Shown piece after piece: positions 58,600 through 64,000 of a stretch of DNA of 64,000 nt. Location of the stretch: the NCBI GenBank assembly GCA_036172245.1, contig JAYWIR010000006.1:4712001-4776000 (forward strand), given 5' to 3'. Made by a program: the position numbers and the translations under genes. The stretch's first letter is position 1; the number at the start of each line of letters is the position of its first letter. Origin of the DNA: Raillietiella orientalis. Lineage: Eukaryota. The notes under the pieces were generated by a model, which made no database searches, was not told the DNA's origin, and saw only the letters and a list, made by a program, of their open reading frames with translations.

Positions 58600-60100
58600 T
58601 CGAATGCAGAGGAGGCTGCTGGCTGTGCCCCCTCCCCCTCCCTTCCCCCAAAAGAAATACTTGCCGAGGGAGGACATAGTGACTCCACGGACGTAAGAGG
58701 TTGCAAGATGCCCCTTCCCCTTGCCTGGGCACGCGAGGAAAATGCGCGATGCGAAGCGCACGCGCGCGCAAAATCCACTCGGAACCAGAAGCCGGCGTGC
58801 AGCTGTAGAGATCGGGGCCAACGCCGAAGGCGAAGAGATTCTTCTCCTTCGGAGCTCGATGTGCTGGCTGGCAGGAGGCTGGATGTTCACAGTGCGCTCC
58901 TGCGAGGAGCGGTGGCGAAGCGGCGCCGGCTTCCTGGCTCAGATTTCTCGACTCTTCGACCTTGTTCGAGAGCCGGCTGCGGATGATTCGACCGCTCCCC
59001 TGCCGATCGAAGTCTCGTGCAGGCGGGGATGGCAGCAGGACTGGAATCCCTTGGCCGGTGGACTCTCTTTCCTTCCTTCCCCTTCCTTGAGTCGTCCTTC
59101 CTGAGCAAGGTGCGTCCGTTAGGTGGAAAACTCTAGGAGACGCAAAGGCTTTCCTTTCCTTCCTGGAGGCAGGAAGGAGGACTCGTCCAGAAGAGTAGAC
59201 GGAGCTCGCCAAGAAGAAAGGAACCAGGACGTCCCTGGTCAGGCAGAGCGGCTCAGGCAACGTGCTCAAGCGGTAGTCAAGGGAAGCACCACAGGGGGAG
59301 GGCTTTTAGGCGCGACGATGGCGCCGACGGCAGACGGGACCTCTGGGCGATGCAGGGACGACCTGTGGAAGCGCGAGAGGCGGAGTTCTGGACCTCGCAG
59401 CGTCTCGCCTTCTTCCGGTGGTCTCCGATCGCAAAGTTTCGGAAAACATCACAGGGAGTCCACGGAAGCCTCCAGAGATAAAGGACGCAGGACCGGAGAT
59501 GGAGTCCGCAATAGCAAAGCTACGGGTTACGGGCGATCCTTAGACCTTCCGCCCGCGCGGAGTTGCTGCTGCTGCCGCCTTCCGGGACGGAAGCCACTTC
59601 TTCCTCCCCGAATTCCAGGAAGGTGCTCTCCTCTGCTTCCTCGCTGGATCTCTGCATCCTTCGGCTCCGGCTTGTCTTCTCTGCCTCCCCGCTCCGCCTT
59701 CCCACAGAGGCACCTTACCTCCGGGTGTCAGTTACCCTCCGCAAGCGGCTCGGGAGCAGAAAGGATCGAGTCACGGAGAAGATGGGCAATCACTGCAATG
59801 GTCGAAGGCTCCACGGCAACGATTCTTGTTGGTCCCATAGGTGCGAGCAGAGGGAGGGCAGGCTCACCAAACTGTGTCTTCAGCCCTCCCCAAAGAAGAC
59901 ACGGGGAGCAGTTGGGGATCTTCCAGCCTGCTTTCATCCGTGACGGAGGCGGATTTCCTTCCCCGGTAGCCGAGGAGAACCCCGGAGGTCCTGCGAGGAG
60001 GGCGATCCTCCCAGCCCAGAGGCTTGACCTGACATGCATTGGAGATCTCATGCGCCAGCAGCGCCGCCGCTGGCTCAGGTAACGAGCATCTCGCAGAGCG
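58600..60100 (-). mobile_element. Probable LINE ORF1 plus start of the ORF2 endonuclease, decayed
   Basis: Homology to 55570-55740; IRSRLSNKVEE...QE.H-like APE N-terminal pattern near 58890-58990. Confidence 0.45.
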
Positions 60101-61424
60101 TTGTAGGACCACGACTCACGGAGGACGAGCTCACTGCTGGCATCCGTGACTTAGAGGGAACGGAAACGGGAGCGGAAATGACATTCATCTAGTGTATTGC
60201 GCGAAGGAAGGAAAGAGTGGGAGTGAGCGTTGTTAATCAAGATGAAGGTGGGGAAGAAATCTGCAAAGATTTTCGGAGACGCTTGGCATTGCACGGAGCT
60301 TGTTCGCGCCGCTTTGCCAGTCCTTAGGACCGCGCCTGAGAGGACGATTTGTTCCCTGCGATCTGCAGGATAGATGAAGGTACTCAAGATGAACGAGGGA
60401 GTGAGACCTGATCAGAAGGATAGAAAAAAGAGAAATGGAACCGAAATAATGTCATGGTTCTATCCATCCTATAGAAGATTAAGCGTTTCGGGTCGGAGAC
60501 ACCTTTGATAATGCTCGTGACAACCCGGAATGAAGGAAGGGAATGAAAATATTCCATTGGACCTTCATTCCAGGAAAAGTGATCGAGTTGTGGAGCACGG
60601 GAGGCACAGCCGTTTGGAATTTGCTGTCGTGTGAATCGAAGGGAAGCTGCTCTTTTTGCTGCGGTTTTCTCATACTCGTGAAAGCTTTCCTTCTGCTCGA
60701 ATTTTTCGAATTGCACGAGAAAAGATCTAACATCCATGGTCTGTTGGGCAGTCAGCTATCATCTCTAGGTTTCAAAAGTGGGTCCTGGATCATTTTAGGA
60801 TTGTCGAGTTTGCAAGGTTGGCATCTGTCTTCGTCTTCAGACCTTGCTCCGGCACCTTCAAGGACTAATAGAAGCTGACAGAAGGACAAGTCGCGTTTTC
60901 ATTTTTGAGGACGATTACTGGCGCATGCATGTCGAAAGGCTCCTTATAGTGTAGGAGGCTGGAAAATGCCAGTGTCAACCAGCATTCCGCAAAGGTCAAG
61001 GATTCCGAGGAGTTTGGAAGATGGGAATCCGCGCTTCGTCGCAGAACAGGGAGGCTGCTCCCAGAGATCGAACAACACGCATCCTCGGCAGTAGAAAAAC
61101 TGGTAAACATTTCCACTGGAAGCTCCTCCATATGCAAAACGAAATATCTGCCTTTTAAATTAAATCTCTGTTTTTCTGCTGCCATCAAATTCATGCTCCT
61201 AGTCCATTAGATTGTATATGAAGCGTTCGCAATTTGATTTCCCCGAAACAAATTGTGCATCACAGGGAAAGTCACGTAACCATGAAAATAACACTCCTAA
61301 AATGTCGAGGCACAGCATTTTTTTAACTGATGAAAGCATTAACTAGGAGCTTCTAATCCAAATTTCACCCAACCATTTATTTACACAGGCATGCCGCGAT
61401 TAGTGCGAATAATTGGTTTCACGA

Positions 61425-61950
61425 AATAGTCGCATTATTCGAATTAGCACAATCCGAACATATCTTTAAAACTTTTCATTGCCAATTTCCATTACGCTGC
61501 AACCAATTACACATCTTACATATAATCACACGTTCTTTGCTTGCTATGGAAACACGGCGATGAAAAAAAAAAAAAAAAAAAGGATCTCCTGGAAACGGAA
61601 ATTTATTGTTAGCCAAGTCTCAGCGTAGTTATAGAGACCGAAATAAACAACAACAACAAAAAAAAACCCAAGAAAAATGAAACGGTCGCATGATTCGCAT
61701 TCTCACTATTCGAACACACAATTTATGTGTGAAATATGTAATTGGTTGCCGCTTCATTGAAGCGAACAACGAAAAATTTTAAGGGTAAGTTTTTTTTTTT
61801 TTTTTTTTTTTTTCTACTTGTGCTCGCTATGGGAACACTGCGATGAACAAATGAAAAAGGATCGGCTAGAAATGGGAGTTTATCGTTAGCCGAGTCACAG
61901 CGTAGTTATGGAGACGAAAATACACGAGCAAACAAACAAAAAGGAGACCC
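61425..61950. repeat. Diverged tandem duplication, unit about 260-285 nt
   Basis: GTCGCAT.ATTCG.ATT, GCTATGG.AACAC.GCGATGAA and TTTAT.GTTAGCC.AGTC.CAGCGTAGTTAT.GAGAC each occur twice. Confidence 0.75.
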
Positions 61951-64000
61951 GAACGTCATCCGCGCCGGCAAAAACGCCTTCCTCACTTTTCGCAGCATCC
62001 TGGAAGCGGAGGCTCCACTCTTTTTTTGCTTTTCTTTTCAATCTCGCACAACACGCGTTGCCCTATCGACAGCTCGTGGGATCTTCGCTCCGATGCAGCG
62101 GCGCGCCGCCCCCCTACTTTTCCCGCACCCGCGGCGCTGCCGCCGTCGCAGGCAGGGAGCCATCCTCTGGTCCGTTTTCTTTTGGCAGACAATCCGAGCG
62201 GAGTAACGAGTGGACGAAAAAGTGGCGCGTGCCAGCGGCAGGCAGAGGCGCGAGCACGCCCTGCGCGACCGCGGGCGCACGGAAGAGACCCCGCGTCCCC
62301 GACTGGGGACAGCGCTCGGGAAGGGAACTGCGCGCGAGCTGCAGTTGCCCCCCCCCCCTTCCTTCCTTCCTACCTTCCTGGCTCACCGCCTTTTCCTGAT
62401 TCCTCCCGGACGGAGCGCCTTCTTGGCACGCGGCTGCTCGCGCCGCCCGAGGAAGGAGCGTCCAGAGCCAGCCAAAATTCCGACTCTGCGCGTGGCCCGC
62501 TGGAGGTCGCCCTCATCGACGCGGTGCGGCGACGCCCGCCCCACGCGCTCTCGCAGTGCTCCTGCGTGCGCCGTGGAGATTCGCGCCGTGCGCTTTCCAG
62601 AGGCGCGCCTTCGCGGCGTGGCGTCCGCATCCGCGAGTGTCCGCAGTGCAGCAGCAGCATCCCCGTCTACGCGCAGCGCGGACACGGAGCGTGTGCGAAT
62701 CCTGAGGCGGTTTCCCGGGGAGCGAGTCGAAAGGACTGCTTGACCTCCTCCTTCCCCCTCGCCGGGGGGTGGAGCGGCAACTTCCCTGGAATGATCACCG
62801 CCCACTCCCGGCTCGCCGACACATCGCTTCCGCTTCCCGCCGCAGACTGTCCGTCGTGGTCACGTGCACCGAGTTTCCCCGCTCAGCACCCTCCGCGTGA
62901 CCCCTCCCCACTCTCGCCCTCTCCGTCCGTGACCTCCTGGAGTCCCGCCGCCACTCCCGAATGCAGGGCCGCCCGCCAGATGTCGAGGGGCCGCGCGTAG
63001 TCTCTCGAGGAGGAAGAACGTTCCTCCGGCCCTCCTGCCACTGCCCGCGATCCGTCCCGAGGACTTGGCGGTGCCGCTCCAGGAAGCCGACCCGTCCCTC
63101 GGTGAGGTCGGGCTGTGGGTGCGGGTCCGGTGCCCTTGCACCCACCTGGAATTCCCCGCGGTCCGCGCGCCTGCAGGCCTCGCCCTCCGGCGACGCGCCA
63201 GCAGCAAAGGACTATCGCCTCTATCGCCGCTCCTCCCATCAGGACTCTGCTCCTGGCAGCCTACTCTCTCGTCCCCTGCAGCCTCACGAACCTTAGCGCC
63301 CGGGGTCCGAACGGAGGACGCGTGCCGGGAGCTGACCCCAGGAACTCAACAACGCACCCGGAGGAATTCGGAAGGTGGAACCAGCTCAGCAGTAACGCCG
63401 CGGTGGGCGTGACGGAGCCCGCACTCGCGAGGCCCGCGCGCAAGGGCCAGAGCACATGGGCTGACGGTGCCGGCTCGCGAGCAGGCGCCCACTCCCGCAC
63501 CAAGCGCAGGCATGACGGGACGGGTGCGAGGAGACACGGTAGAGGGTGCTGGCAGTCCTGTAACCACAGCAACGCGGACGCGAGGGGGGGGATTCTTTTC
63601 CTCGGAGGGGGTTCCCATCTGGCGGAAGTCTTCGCTTCCGATCTGCTTCCTGCTGCTGCTCGGGAGCAGGAGGAAGGACAGCATCCGGCGATCGGCGCTG
63701 AGCAGAAGAGCTTCGACACCGCCCAGCAGACGCTGCTGCCTGGTTCCCTGCGTTAGCGGCCGGGGAGCATGAGAGCGCCTTGCGCTGTTGCCGCTCCCCT
63801 GAGCCCCCTTCCGACGCCAACGCGCTCCTTTTTCGTCGTCCTGCGCGGTCTCTTGTCCCGCGAGAGACGGGATCCCCCCGAGACTGGCGGCCAGGCTCCC
63901 GCATGCACGCGGGAACCTCAAGGGTGCCTCACGTCTCCCTGCTGACCTCTTGGTTTCCCGAAGAGACGCCCGAGCGGGTCGTCGGAATCCGCATTCCTGT

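Noticed and set aside
62026..63921. Long overlapping ORFs at the right end
   Set aside because: No recognisable domains or splice pattern; high GC explains the open frames; possibly decayed TE but unsupported.
1..64000. CRISPR arrays, rRNA genes, prokaryotic operons, or an intact transposase/RT gene
   Set aside because: No regularly spaced repeats or rRNA motifs; genes are spliceosomal; every TE coding region seen has stops or frameshifts.

Overview
Eukaryotic (metazoan, probably arthropod) genomic DNA. It holds two intact intron-containing genes. One is a 24-exon nidogen/entactin gene on the minus strand (27774 to 11694, 1297 aa by my splice model: signal peptide, NIDO, EGF, G2F, EGF array, YWTD propeller, terminal EGF) with many 43-79 nt introns and one probable GC-AG intron. 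The other is a 4-exon Herp/HERPUD gene on the plus strand (39963-41656, 325 aa). Most of the rest is decayed transposable-element sequence: many fragments of an L1/Tx1-like non-LTR retrotransposon, a tRNA-headed SINE-like repeat, AT-rich MITE-like elements with AAATCCCGAA-type inverted termini, and simple repeats. The three most notable observations: (1) about 10 copies of the LINE 3' UTR share a multi-hairpin structure whose stems keep pairing while their sequence changes, and end in AATAAA plus a GC hairpin with no poly(A) tail; (2) an intronless, disabled aspartylglucosaminidase (AGA) fragment lies inside a decayed LINE ORF2; (3) several nidogen introns are in-frame and stop-free. All calls are by eye. 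TE boundaries are approximate and no database search was run.
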